From Candidatus Hydrothermarchaeum profundi (lineage in GTDB: Archaea; Hydrothermarchaeota; Hydrothermarchaeia; Hydrothermarchaeales; Hydrothermarchaeaceae): DNA of 64,000 nucleotides. A program made the position numbers and the translations under genes. Below are positions 29,413 to 40,072 of this stretch, piece by piece. The DNA lies in the NCBI GenBank assembly GCA_002011125.2, contig MTMF02000009.1, forward strand, positions 1,192,989-1,256,988. The letters are read 5' to 3'. The notes beneath the pieces are model-generated. The model had not been told where the DNA came from, made no database searches, and saw nothing but the letters and a program-made list of their open reading frames with translations. Positions within the stretch are counted from its first letter, which is position 1, and each line of letters opens with the position of its first letter.

Positions 29413-30864
29413 TTAATCGCATGCGTCTTTACTACTTTTGTAGAAGGTCATTTTTCCAATAATAGTGCTCTTTGCTGATCTTAAAACTCTACCTACATCG
29501 GTGAGTGTTCTTATATTTTTTAAAGTCTGCAGGAAGAACTGGGGCCTAAAGTAGAACTCTCTATAGGCACGGCTAAGGATATCTTCTAGATCTTCCCTGT
29601 TCATATCCTGAGTTTTTAAAACCGGACCATGAGTCATATCGTACTCCTCCCATTCCTTCGCTAATACCCAATTGTTTTCCTTTGCTTGTTCATATAAAAC
29701 GGTGCCAGGATAGGCCATGGCAATTGAAAACTGAGCAGAGTCAGGTGCAAGTTCTTTTGCTATTTCTAAAGTCTTTTCTACAGTTTCCTTCGAATCAAAT
29801 GGGAATCCAAACATAAAACCAGCGTGGACAAGGATTTTATGTTTTTTTGTTAATTCGAAAGCTTTTCTTACTTGATCAAGAGTGTAACCTTTTCTTATTT
29901 TTTCCAATACTTCTTGAGATCCGGATTCAACACCATATTTGAGCATCTTACAACCAGCAGATTTCATAGCTTGAAGCATTTCATCGTCAACTGTATCAAC
30001 TCTCGCATTACATGACCACATAAGATAATCTAGCCCTTCCCTTTTCATTTTATTACAAAAATCTAGTACTCGTTTTTTGTTTACAGTAAAAGTATCATCG
30101 TCTATATATATCTCCTTGGCCCCATATTTATCAGCGAGATAATGGATTTCATCTACAAAATTATCCAGGCTCCTGTATCTAACTTTATGCCCGTACATCG
30201 CATTAGGCCACAAACAGAAAGTGCAATGGTAGGGGCAACCTCTCGAGGAAATGATATATAGGAAAGGTTTTTTTGAATGCCAGGCTTCGCAATACCACTC
30301 GTGCGGGATAGTTTCTCTATCAGGATAAGGTAGGGAATCGAGATCATCAAATAGTTTCGCTTCTCCGGTGTCCTCGATTTTGCTATCATCTCTAAAAACA
30401 ATCCCTTTTATTTTTTTCAGGTTATGAAGATTATCAAGAACTTCTACAATGCGGGTGTCAAATTCTTTTTTGATTATTATGTCAATACTTTTGCATTCTT
30501 GGAGGGACTCTCTGGGGAATACTGTTACGTGAGGCCCCACGGCAATGATGATGGCCCCAGTTGAGTTTTTCATTGATTCCATGGCTTTGAAGTCATATTT
30601 AATAGAAGGGGTTGTAGTTTCCATTAAAATGACATCAGGGTTGGACTTCCTTATTTTTTCGTCAGTCTCTTGTTGATCCAGATTCTGGACAACAGAATCA
30701 ATGTAGTCTACCTTGTAACCTGCTTCACGAAGCTGAGAAGCAGCATATCCAAGAAAAATAGGAAACTGGAGATACATATCTCCTCTCTGCTTTATTATTC
30801 TATTCTGTGACCTTGTACCAATCCCTTTACCAGGCCAGGGGGGATTGATTATCAATACCTTCAT
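29413..30864 (-). CDS. Cobalamin-binding radical SAM protein (HpnJ-like architecture)
   Basis: INPP, FPIFLGYAA, ETTTPS, VGPHVT, SSRGCPYHCTFCLWP, YIDDDTF, YGVESGSQ, MAYPGT. Confidence 0.88.
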   Translation of the reverse strand: MKVLIINPPWPGKGIGTRSQNRIIKQRGDMYLQFPIFLGYAASQLREAGYKVDYIDSVVQNLDQQETDEKIRKSNPDVILMETTTPSIKYDFKAMESMKNSTGAIIIAVGPHVTVFPRESLQECKSIDIIIKKEFDTRIVEVLDNLHNLKKIKGIVFRDDSKIEDTGEAKLFDDLDSLPYPDRETIPHEWYCEAWHSKKPFLYIISSRGCPYHCTFCLWPNAMYGHKVRYRSLDNFVDEIHYLADKYGAKEIYIDDDTFTVNKKRVLDFCNKMKREGLDYLMWSCNARVDTVDDEMLQAMKSAGCKMLKYGVESGSQEVLEKIRKGYTLDQVRKAFELTKKHKILVHAGFMFGFPFDSKETVEKTLEIAKELAPDSAQFSIAMAYPGTVLYEQAKENNWVLAKEWEEYDMTHGPVLKTQDMNREDLEDILSRAYREFYFRPQFFLQTLKNIRTLTDVGRVLRSAKSTIIGKMTFYKSSKDACD

Positions 30865-30887
30865 ATCATGTTACCATGAGATTATCT

Positions 30888-30895
30888 TTTATAAA
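30888..30895. promoter_or_regulatory. Palindromic TATA box (TTTATAAA), possibly bidirectional
   Basis: Self-complementary octamer in the 72-bp gap between divergent starts at 30864 and 30937. The same octamer sits at 34786-34793 between another divergent pair. Confidence 0.4.
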
Positions 30896-30936
30896 GATTT
30901 TCTAAAATAAGAGGCATAACTCCTAAGGAGCAGGAT

Positions 30937-32160
30937 ATGGAAGCACTTAAAATTTGTCTTCTAACTTCTGAGTACCCCCCCAATATCGTTTCTGGACCTG
31001 GAAGATATACAGAGAACTTGGCGATAGGACTCAGAGATAAAGGCTACAGAGTAACTGTTGTTACACCTTTAACTAATGGGAGTAAAGAATATGAGGAATT
31101 AAATGGAATTGAAGTGTATAGAATAAAGATTCCAAGATCATCTACATTGGAAAAAATAATACCAAATATTTTAGATAGAAGAGTTTTTTTCGGAATAAAA
31201 GCCAAGAATTTTTTGACTAAAGAAAGAGTAGATGAATATGACTTGATTCATGTTACAAATTTTACTGAATCTTTTGTTTTAACTAATGAAATCTTTAAAA
31301 AAATTCCGACTGTAGTCTCTGTAAATGAGTATTATTATTTAAAAAGTACATGGAATATCCTTAAATTTCCATATAAGACAATGGACTTGCCTTTACGATA
31401 CTTACAACATAATATTTTAAGGCAGATAAATACCCGAGTGTTGAATAAAGCTACAAAAATTTTGGCGAATTCAAAATATACTGCAAAAGCAATAGAATCC
31501 TGCGGAATACCAGAAGATAAAATACAAACAGTGTATAGAGGAATTAATACTAAAAAGTTCGATGTAAAACCAACTGAGGATAAATATACAAATCACTCTA
31601 TTTTATTTGTCGGAGGTAACATGGAAAGAAAAGGAGGAAAATATTTAATTCAAGCTGCGCCAAGTATTCTAAGAGATTTCCCTGACTCAACATTCATACT
31701 TATAGGTAGAACTTCTTGGATGTACCGACAACTTCTAAATAGATATATTAAAAAATATAATCTAAGAAAAAAAGCTAAAATTTTAGATTATGTTGCCCCA
31801 AATGAATTACGACATTTTTATGCTCGAGCTAATGTTTTTGTAATGCCAGCTATAGTGGAAGCTCTTGGGCAAGTTTTTATGGAGGCAATGATGAGTAAAA
31901 CTCCCGTAATTGGTTCTAATGTGGGAGGGATACCAGAAAACATATCAGATGGCGAAACAGGGTTTTTAGTAAAACCCAAGGATCCCACGGATATCAAAGA
32001 TAAAGTATTCAAAGTATTTGAAGACCCTACTATGGCAAAAAAAATGGGGGAGATGGGCCATAGGCGAGTTCTCAGGTTGTTCTCGCTAGAAAAAATGATA
32101 AATGAAACAATTAGGGTATATCAGGATGCGATCACTATATTTAAAGGGAATTTAAGATGA
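30937..32160 (+). CDS. Glycosyltransferase family 4
   Basis: EYPP..SG.G, EALGQVFMEAM, GGIPE, GETGFLV. Confidence 0.92.
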   Translation: MEALKICLLTSEYPPNIVSGPGRYTENLAIGLRDKGYRVTVVTPLTNGSKEYEELNGIEVYRIKIPRSSTLEKIIPNILDRRVFFGIKAKNFLTKERVDEYDLIHVTNFTESFVLTNEIFKKIPTVVSVNEYYYLKSTWNILKFPYKTMDLPLRYLQHNILRQINTRVLNKATKILANSKYTAKAIESCGIPEDKIQTVYRGINTKKFDVKPTEDKYTNHSILFVGGNMERKGGKYLIQAAPSILRDFPDSTFILIGRTSWMYRQLLNRYIKKYNLRKKAKILDYVAPNELRHFYARANVFVMPAIVEALGQVFMEAMMSKTPVIGSNVGGIPENISDGETGFLVKPKDPTDIKDKVFKVFEDPTMAKKMGEMGHRRVLRLFSLEKMINETIRVYQDAITIFKGNLR

Positions 32161-33734
32161 AACAGAATAATTTTCTCTTATTTCTTCTACTTCTAGCTTC
32201 TATTATCTATATTATTTATTACCCCCGTCATAGTATTTTTCCCGATGAGTCAAAATATCTCCTGCTTGGAAAAGAAATCACGGATGGCGAATATTCCGAA
32301 GATTTTTTTCATAGAATGCCATTGATACCATTATCAGAGGCTTTTTTTTACATTCTAGGATTAAATGTTGATGCAATAAAATTTCTGATACCCTTAATCT
32401 TCATATACTTAGCTATACTAACCACTTACCTTCTTGCAAAAGAAATATGTGATAAAAATGTCGCCCAGATATCAGCCATTATATTGGTAGTTTTCCCATT
32501 CTTCTGGAGATGGGGAACTAAAGTACTGGCGGATATTCCTTTATTAGTTATAACAAATTCTCTTCTTTACTTTTTTATTAGGATTAGGGAAAACAATAGA
32601 TTTTTTTTGCATTTCGGCATTGTGATGGGATTAGGATCTATTACGAAACTCTCTTTTTTCATTTTACCTCTTCTACTCTATTCTTACATTTTTATGAGGA
32701 GGAGAGACCTACTTAAAGCAAGAGAATTTTGGATAGGATCTGGGTTTGCGATTTTAATATTCCTTTTTTCTTATATGTTCATACATTTTATTACAGTAGA
32801 AATTGAAACGTCGCAATTTAATAAAATTGGAGAACACTTAATAGATCCAAAACAAAATGTAATTTTTCAAATAATAACGGGAAGATTTTCAAGTGCTAAA
32901 TATCTCGCTAAGTTAATCTTATTCCCTTTGATTATCTTCACCCCTTTTGGCATCTTCGCATTATACAAAAAGGGGGAGAAATTGCTGATTTTTTATTTCT
33001 TCCTTTTTATTGCTCTATTTTTTTTAATTTGGCATATAAGGATAAGAACATTTTCTCCTCTGTATTCCCTCTTCTCTCTATTTGTAGCCCAGGGATATTT
33101 TGAACTAAAGAAAAAACATTTCATAAAAATTCTTTTTATTATCCTAGCAGTAATTTCTTTTTTGGATGCAATCTTTCTCTTAAACTTGGACTCTGAGTCG
33201 AGGTGGGGCGCTGATATACTTGCGAAAGAAATAACTCATCTTGACGGTAATATAGCTAGTGAGTATCTTCCGGATTATCTCAAGGCAAAAACATCGAAGG
33301 AAGTCATCCCCTTTAAAATATACTATGAGGTAGATGGTGAACGTATACCACGAGAAGAAGTTCAGTCTGGTTTTAAGAATGCGAGCCATCCTAGGCATGA
33401 AGAGTTTAGGAGGATATACAATAACCCGGAATACAAGCGGTATCCTTATTTAGAAGACGAGTGGGTTAGAGAAAATGGCGTCGATTATATAGTCCTCTCA
33501 ATTTACGAGGAATGGGAGAGAGAACCTACGGGTGATCATTTCCATCCAAAACTTGGACCCTTTGAGATAAAATTTGTTAAGCGGCCATATAGCAATGGAA
33601 GAGTTCCACCAGATTACGATTTTAGATCTGAATTATATTATAGGCTTGAAGACAGCGAGAAGTATGAAAAAATTGGAGAGGTATATAGAGGAAGCCAGAG
33701 GATTTTCATCATTTACGAGGTGACTTCTCGATAA
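32157..33734 (+). CDS. GT-C fold (ArnT/PMT_2-like) membrane glycosyltransferase
   Basis: PDESKY in first external loop, HRMPL.P, about 11 TMs, LADIP, C-terminal soluble domain. Confidence 0.75.
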   Translation: MKQNNFLLFLLLLASIIYIIYYPRHSIFPDESKYLLLGKEITDGEYSEDFFHRMPLIPLSEAFFYILGLNVDAIKFLIPLIFIYLAILTTYLLAKEICDKNVAQISAIILVVFPFFWRWGTKVLADIPLLVITNSLLYFFIRIRENNRFFLHFGIVMGLGSITKLSFFILPLLLYSYIFMRRRDLLKAREFWIGSGFAILIFLFSYMFIHFITVEIETSQFNKIGEHLIDPKQNVIFQIITGRFSSAKYLAKLILFPLIIFTPFGIFALYKKGEKLLIFYFFLFIALFFLIWHIRIRTFSPLYSLFSLFVAQGYFELKKKHFIKILFIILAVISFLDAIFLLNLDSESRWGADILAKEITHLDGNIASEYLPDYLKAKTSKEVIPFKIYYEVDGERIPREEVQSGFKNASHPRHEEFRRIYNNPEYKRYPYLEDEWVRENGVDYIVLSIYEEWEREPTGDHFHPKLGPFEIKFVKRPYSNGRVPPDYDFRSELYYRLEDSEKYEKIGEVYRGSQRIFIIYEVTSR

Positions 33735-34777
33735 GCCTTTTCGACCTTTTCTATGAAAGCTTCCCATGAATATTTTTTTATTTCTCTTAAACAATTCTTC
33801 CTCATAATCTCTCTCAGCTTTTCGTCCTTTAGCAATATTTCGATATATCTCGCTAGGTTATCCACATCTCTAGGGTCTACAATAAACCCCGTTTCCTCGT
33901 GCTTTATTATTTCAGGTATACCTCCTACTCTGGTTGATATAACTGGTAAACCATAGCTCATGGCTTCTAAGATGACATTAGGCATGCTCTCTACTAGCGA
34001 TGGTAGAACTAGTAGTTTTCCTTGTTTGTAATACTTTGGCATATACTCTGGCAGGACTCTCCCAACAAACTTCACGTTATGCCCCTTGCTCATTCTCTCC
34101 AAGCTTTTTCTCTCAGGTCCGTCTCCTATAATCAGTGTTTCGGGGTGATTTGGAATTCTCTTGAGAGCTTCAATAAGATATCTCACCCCCTTACTCTTAA
34201 CGAGCCTCCCGACATAGAGTATCTTATTACCATTGGAGACTTCTTCTGGAAACTCAATAGCATTGGGTATAACTTTTATTTTTAACCGTGGGAATTCTTT
34301 TAATATCTGTGCCCTTATGGACTCTGCTTGGGTTAAGACTAAATCCGAATTTTTGATGGCGAAGGAGGATAAAAACCTATTCAAGACTCCTGTGCTTTCG
34401 ATTCTAAAATCGGTTCTAACCCAGGTTATACATGGTATACTAAAGCATTTTTTAGCTAATGCGCCTATTACCCCATTTGGTAGGATAATCATGCACTGAA
34501 GTAAATCTATGTTTTTCTTTTCCCTTTTAATCTCTAAAAGAGCAGATGCTATATGAGTTATAAGCCTTAGAACCGGTATGTCCAAATACCATAGCCTCTT
34601 TACTCTGAAACCTTCTATATACTCTTCTCTCTTTCGATTTTGAACTCTCCTAGTGAGAATAATTACTTCATGACTCTTAGCTAAATGTCGAGCCATATGG
34701 TAAGACTGGGTCTCAGTACCTCCCACAGAGTCAGGTGGGAACTCAGAGACTAAAATTGCTATCTTCATGGATTCCAC
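33713..34777 (-). CDS. Glycosyltransferase family 4 (likely start 34768)
   Basis: EFPP..VGGTE, VGRL..KG, ESMPNVILEAM, GGIPE. Confidence 0.92.
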   Translation of the reverse strand: MESMKIAILVSEFPPDSVGGTETQSYHMARHLAKSHEVIILTRRVQNRKREEYIEGFRVKRLWYLDIPVLRLITHIASALLEIKREKKNIDLLQCMIILPNGVIGALAKKCFSIPCITWVRTDFRIESTGVLNRFLSSFAIKNSDLVLTQAESIRAQILKEFPRLKIKVIPNAIEFPEEVSNGNKILYVGRLVKSKGVRYLIEALKRIPNHPETLIIGDGPERKSLERMSKGHNVKFVGRVLPEYMPKYYKQGKLLVLPSLVESMPNVILEAMSYGLPVISTRVGGIPEIIKHEETGFIVDPRDVDNLARYIEILLKDEKLREIMRKNCLREIKKYSWEAFIEKVEKAYREVTS

Positions 34778-36533
34778 CGTAATTTTTTATAAAGGTAAAG
34801 GCTCTACCATAATAAAACTAGTGGGTGCTATTGTGGAAGTCATTATCGGAGCAAAATGCGTTGGTCACGACTCTTCAATTTTTATTCTTAGAGAAGGTGA
34901 GAAACCTTTTGGCTTGGATAGAGAAAGGCTGACTAGGCATAAGCATGATGTTGGATTTCCCTTTGAGCCTCTAGAGTATGCTTCAGGTATTTTGAAGGAC
35001 TCAAAAGTGTTCTTCTCATTGTCTGACAACACATACTCATTTGCTACCTACAAATTTGGATCTAATAGGAATATCCATTCTTCTGATTTATTAAAAAATG
35101 AAGGAGGCACATATCGCTCTGGCAATCCAATAATCAAAAAGATCAGAAGCCTACCAGTATTAAGAACGCTAAACAAATTAGCAATAGAAAAAATTCTTAG
35201 GGATAATTTGAAGGCTGTGGGATTGGATTCCGAAATTTCGATAAAAATGAGGGACCACCACTTATGCCATGCGGCCTCTGCCTTCTATTTTTCAGGGTTG
35301 AACAAAGCCACGGTAATCACAATAGACGGTGAAGGAGATGGCTACTCTTCCAAGGTCTATATTGGAAGAAAAGGAGAACTGGAATACATCGATGGAACAG
35401 ACTTACACAACTCTATCGGCCATATATACGGATCCTTCACTGAAGCTATGGGGTTGGTAAGAGATAGCGATGAGGGTAAAGTAGAGGCATTGGCTGACTT
35501 CGGGGACCAAGATACAGAGTTGTATCACAAACTCAAACGGAAGGTGAGGGTAAAAGGGCTGAAGATAGAAGTAGACCCTTCCCTAGATTATAAGCGGCAG
35601 GGGATGGGCGTTTTTAGGGGCCTTGTAAGAAAATATGGAGATAAAGATTGTGCAGCAGCCGTTCAAAGGGTTTTGAATGAGGTTGGTGTTGACTTGGTCA
35701 CTAATGCTATCGATGAGCTGGGCTTAAAGGACTTTGCCTTCGCGGGAGGATGCTTCGCTAATGTGAAGATGAATCTCAGGATTTTCGAGGAAACGGACCT
35801 TAGAAGCATGTATGTTTTTCCAGCCATGGGAGATTCTGGTCTTGGTGCAGGGGCTGCTATCATGACGGCACGAGAATTGGGATGGAATACAGATCAATTC
35901 AGGCATCATATGCCGTACTTTGGTCCAGAATACTCCAGGGAAGAAGCTGAGCGAGCGATAAAGAAGTACGGTGAGAAGGTGGAATACGAGTACGAAGAAG
36001 ACTGGCCGGAGAGGGTGGCTGAACTTGTATCCGAAGGAGAGATCGTTGGAATATTCCAAGGAGAAATGGAATATGGTCCGAGAGCATTGGGGAACCGAAG
36101 CGTATTAGCAGACCCTAGGAGACCCCAAGTCAAGGACATTATCAATAGCACCATCAAAAGGAGGAAACCCTACCAACCATTCTGCCCTTCTGTACTTGAA
36201 TCTGAAAGAAAAAGACTATTCGAAAACAGTTACCTTAACAAGCACATGACCTGCGCATTTAGGATGAAAGAAGAATTCAAGAGTGAGCTACCTAGTGCAA
36301 TACACGTCGACGGTACGGCTAGACCCCAGTTTGTCGAAGAGAGAGATAATCCATCGTATTACAGGTTGATCAAAACTTTTAAAGAGTTGACAGGGTATGG
36401 ATTGGTTGTTAACACTTCCTTCAATCTTCATGGAAGGGCGATGGTAATGTCTCCTGACCAAGCGATGCAGGACTTCATGGACTGCGGCCTAGATTATGTA
36501 GTGATTGAGGGATGGATGGTACGGAGAACGTGA
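34767..36533 (+). CDS. O-carbamoyltransferase (NodU/CmcH/TobZ family; likely start GTG 34833)
   Basis: HDSS, ERLTRHKH, HHLCHAASAF, IDGEG, AGGCFANVK, PAMGDSG, EYGPRALGNRS, HVDGTARPQ, NTSFNLHG. Confidence 0.93.
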   Translation: MDSTVIFYKGKGSTIIKLVGAIVEVIIGAKCVGHDSSIFILREGEKPFGLDRERLTRHKHDVGFPFEPLEYASGILKDSKVFFSLSDNTYSFATYKFGSNRNIHSSDLLKNEGGTYRSGNPIIKKIRSLPVLRTLNKLAIEKILRDNLKAVGLDSEISIKMRDHHLCHAASAFYFSGLNKATVITIDGEGDGYSSKVYIGRKGELEYIDGTDLHNSIGHIYGSFTEAMGLVRDSDEGKVEALADFGDQDTELYHKLKRKVRVKGLKIEVDPSLDYKRQGMGVFRGLVRKYGDKDCAAAVQRVLNEVGVDLVTNAIDELGLKDFAFAGGCFANVKMNLRIFEETDLRSMYVFPAMGDSGLGAGAAIMTARELGWNTDQFRHHMPYFGPEYSREEAERAIKKYGEKVEYEYEEDWPERVAELVSEGEIVGIFQGEMEYGPRALGNRSVLADPRRPQVKDIINSTIKRRKPYQPFCPSVLESERKRLFENSYLNKHMTCAFRMKEEFKSELPSAIHVDGTARPQFVEERDNPSYYRLIKTFKELTGYGLVVNTSFNLHGRAMVMSPDQAMQDFMDCGLDYVVIEGWMVRRT

Positions 36534-36561
36534 TTATCAGGCGTTGAACTGTCTTAAGACT

Positions 36562-37164
36562 CTAATTTTTGTTTTTATTTGTCATCCGAGCAGCAAACAA
36601 CATGCCATCTGAAAAAGCTTCTCTAAACCTAAGTAGATTTTTTATTAAATATCTTCTTTTCCAAGTTGATGTGGTATCGGCATAGTAGTAGAATTCAACA
36701 ACTTTGAAGCCATGCCTTTCAAGTAAGTTCTTCAACGTAAAATAGTCATAATAGCATGTATGTTCAGGATTTGGTTTTGAGAAACCTCTGATAATGATAT
36801 CTAAGAATCGTCTAAATGCAAAAGTGTTTGGGGTTGTTAAGATGAGTACCCCGTTTTCTTTTAAATGTTCTCTTACTCTTTGGAGGAACTCGCCTTGATT
36901 TGACAGGTGCTCGATGATCTCGCCTGCTATAATTACGTCAAATTTTTTGTTTAGCTCCATTGTTTCAACGTTTCCAACGATCACGCCCGGTAAACTACTC
37001 TTTTTAATGTCTATACCAACAAGGCTCCTTGCATGTTTTGAAATAAATGTGTATAAATGGGTTTTTTGTAAATCCTGTCCCACGGAACCGCAGTCTAACA
37101 CTTCTTTCCCTGAAACGTATTTCCTAATTATTTCGAGTCTGTCTTCGAGAACTTTCCTTTTCAT
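36562..37164 (-). CDS. Class I SAM-dependent methyltransferase
   Basis: VLDCGSVG, FDVIIAGEIIEHL, LKENGVLILTTPN. Confidence 0.88.
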   Translation of the reverse strand: MKRKVLEDRLEIIRKYVSGKEVLDCGSVGQDLQKTHLYTFISKHARSLVGIDIKKSSLPGVIVGNVETMELNKKFDVIIAGEIIEHLSNQGEFLQRVREHLKENGVLILTTPNTFAFRRFLDIIIRGFSKPNPEHTCYYDYFTLKNLLERHGFKVVEFYYYADTTSTWKRRYLIKNLLRFREAFSDGMLFAARMTNKNKN

Positions 37165-37546
37165 TTTTTAACAGAAACTGAAATTCGCTATGGTTGTTAA
37201 CATTTTAATGTCTCTATATAAAAATCCTACTTTATCCTATTAGGAGTAATACTTTCTTCCTTTTTATTTTGTTATGTAAAGATTAATTTAACGCATATAT
37301 TAATCCTAAGATGGGAAGTGATTTATAAAAGCCGTAATTTGCAGGTATTTCAAAAAGATTTCAGTTAAAGTGCACATAGGAAGAGGTTCCCAGGTGATGA
37401 TTGAATCTAAGTTGAGTAATTTAAAAGGAACTAAATGCTATAAGGTATTAGATTCTCCGAAAATATTAGATTCTTAGAAAAAAGAATACTTCCAGGGAGT
37501 TTACCTCTCAAATTTTAATTTTTGGGTCCCTATTATGACTTAAAAA

Positions 37547-38878
37547 TCAGAGTTGCTCGTAAATGAATCCTTCTTCAATTGCATCTTTATGGTTAAACAT
37601 ACCTTTTATGTCGATCAACACAGGCAATGGGTTCATCTCTTTCTTAATTTCCTTTAATGATAACATTCTAAATTCATCATGCGGGCTAAATACAATTATC
37701 CCATCAATTTCATTAAAGGATAAGTTATCTTGTATGGGAATCTCAAAATAATTTTCTGCCTCCTTTTTATGGACCTTAGGGTCATAACCAATAATTTCAA
37801 CACCATACTCCTTGAGTTCATCTATAATCTCCTTTGCTTTTGATGTTCTTATATCTGAAACGTTCTCCTTGAAGGCAAGACCCAGAATTAGAACTTTTGA
37901 TTTTCTCAGAATCTTCCCAGCTCTATTTAAAGCTTTTATGGTTAGCTCAGCTACATATTTAGGCATATAATTATTAATCTTTCTTCCAGCCAAAATTACC
38001 TGAGGCTCATAGCCTATTTCAATGGCTTTATAGACAAGATAATATGGGTCTACAGGTATGCAATGTCCACCAACTAGGCCTGGATAGTATTTCCCGAAAT
38101 TCCATTTAGTAAATGCGGCCTCTAGCACATCTTTTGTCTTAATTCCCATTTTTCTGAAAATTATTGAAAGTTCATTCATCAGTGCGATATTCAAATCTCT
38201 TTGAATATTTTCAATAACCTTTGCTGCCTCTGCAGTTTTTATATTTTTTGCTACAAATATATTGGAATCTAAGATCTTACCATAAAGTTTTAGTAAAATT
38301 TCCGTAGTTTCTTTTGTGTCTCCGCTCACCACCTTTGTTATAGTCTTCAAAGTGTGTTCTTTATCTCCTGGATTGATTCTCTCTGGAGAATACCCAACCC
38401 AAAATTCTGATTTATATTTCATGCCAGAAGTTCTCTCGATAATAGGTACCATAAACTCCTCAGTTACTCCAGGGTATACTGTTGACTCTAAAACCACTAT
38501 CACTTCTTTTTTAAGATTCCTTCCAATTGTTTTGGAAACACTTTTCAGCAGTCTTAAATCTGGCTGAAAATTCTTTGTAACTGGAGTTGGAACGCAGATT
38601 ATTATTATATCTGCTTCTCTTATTATTCCTTCATCATCAGTAAAAATAATATCGCTGTTATTTAACACTTCTTTTAACTTATTATTTCCTACTTCTGAAG
38701 TATAATCAATACCTCTAATTAAAAGATTAATTTTTTGCCTGTTAATATCAAAACCTCTAACTTTAAAGCCTTTAAAAGCAAATTCCACAGCAAGTTGCAA
38801 ACCTACATAACCCAGTCCAATTATGCAAATTGTAGCTTCACACTTTTCCACTTTTTTCTTAAGCTCGTTCATCATCAA
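37547..38878 (-). CDS. UDP-N-acetylhexosamine 6-dehydrogenase (WbpO/TviB/WbpA-like)
   Basis: GLGYVG, CVPTP, ESTVYPG, SPERINPGD, ENIQRDLNIA, GGHCIPVDP. Confidence 0.92.
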   Translation of the reverse strand: MMMNELKKKVEKCEATICIIGLGYVGLQLAVEFAFKGFKVRGFDINRQKINLLIRGIDYTSEVGNNKLKEVLNNSDIIFTDDEGIIREADIIIICVPTPVTKNFQPDLRLLKSVSKTIGRNLKKEVIVVLESTVYPGVTEEFMVPIIERTSGMKYKSEFWVGYSPERINPGDKEHTLKTITKVVSGDTKETTEILLKLYGKILDSNIFVAKNIKTAEAAKVIENIQRDLNIALMNELSIIFRKMGIKTKDVLEAAFTKWNFGKYYPGLVGGHCIPVDPYYLVYKAIEIGYEPQVILAGRKINNYMPKYVAELTIKALNRAGKILRKSKVLILGLAFKENVSDIRTSKAKEIIDELKEYGVEIIGYDPKVHKKEAENYFEIPIQDNLSFNEIDGIIVFSPHDEFRMLSLKEIKKEMNPLPVLIDIKGMFNHKDAIEEGFIYEQL

Positions 38879-39797
38879 CCAGCCACTTTGTTGTTTTTCT
38901 CAAGCCGTCTTCTAACGGGTATTTAACCCTATACCCAAGCAGTTTTTTAGACTTGGAGATATCTGCAAGAGAGTGGCGGATATCCCCTTTTCTTGGTATT
39001 CCGTAAATTGGTTTAATATTCTTTCCTAGAATTTTATTCATTAATTCGACAAGTTCGTTCAGAGATACTGATCTACCGCAGGCGATATTGAAAATTTTCC
39101 CGCCTATATTTTTTTTCTTAAGTGCAAGAATATTCGCTTCAACCACATTTTTAATATACGTGAAATCTCTGCTTTGTTTACCATCACCATAAATTTCAGG
39201 AGCCTTGTTGTGTATCATTAATTTAAGGAACTTGGGTATTACTGCAGCATACGGTGAATTAGGGTCTTGTCTCGGACCAAAGACATTGAAATATCTCAAT
39301 ATAATAGTTTCGAGTCCATAGACTTCATAAAAAACTTTCGCATAGTACTCGCCCGTTAGCTTGGATACTGCATAAGGAGATAATGGCATAGGGTTCATCT
39401 CTTCATGCTGAGGTAATGGGTTTAATCCATAAATAGATGATGAGGACGCATAAGCAACTTTCTCTACATTTTCTTCTTTGGCTGCGATTAACACATTTAG
39501 TGTTCCTTTAACATTAATATCATTCGTAGTAACCGGGTCTTGCAAAGATCTAGGTACTGAAGGCAATGCAGCTTGATGTAAGATGTAGTCTACCCCTTTT
39601 ACGACTTCTTTCACAAAATTTAAATCCAATATGTCTCCTTCGTATATCTCTATTTCTGTCTCTATCTCTCGCAGATTTTCTCTTTTTCCTGTAAAGAAGT
39701 TATCAAGTATGGCAACTTCATAGCCTCTTCTAAGTAGCTCTATACACAAGTTGGAACCTATAAATCCAGCGCCTCCAGTAACGAGAACTTTGCTCAC
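38859..39797 (-). CDS. UDP-GlcNAc(A) 4-epimerase-like extended SDR (WbpP/TviC-like)
   Basis: TGGAGFIGS, HQAALPSVPRS, YAVSK, RYFNVFGPRQDPNSPYAAVIP. Confidence 0.9.
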   Translation of the reverse strand: MSKVLVTGGAGFIGSNLCIELLRRGYEVAILDNFFTGKRENLREIETEIEIYEGDILDLNFVKEVVKGVDYILHQAALPSVPRSLQDPVTTNDINVKGTLNVLIAAKEENVEKVAYASSSSIYGLNPLPQHEEMNPMPLSPYAVSKLTGEYYAKVFYEVYGLETIILRYFNVFGPRQDPNSPYAAVIPKFLKLMIHNKAPEIYGDGKQSRDFTYIKNVVEANILALKKKNIGGKIFNIACGRSVSLNELVELMNKILGKNIKPIYGIPRKGDIRHSLADISKSKKLLGYRVKYPLEDGLRKTTKWLVDDERA

Positions 39798-40072
39798 TTT
39801 TTTCCCTTCTAACTTTTTACGCTTATTATTTTTATTGGATACAGATTTCCAAACAAGTTATGGAACTTCTTATCTCCATTACTTGATTCCAAGTATACCC
39901 TAACTTTTGGATTTTTATTTCTATTGCCTTGTTCATATATAGTAAAAATTTCACTCTTGGGATTTTCAATTTATCTTTTTCCCGCTTATTTATGGGTATC
40001 GACTTTGATCTTATCTAACTGTATTATTTTCTTATAAATGAGAAGTTAAAAAAATCTTCTATTGAACAAAAG

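Noticed and set aside
39800-40070. Short open stretch on the minus strand upstream of the epimerase
   Set aside because: About 50 codons with no clear start or recognisable motif. It may be a remnant, but this is unsupported.
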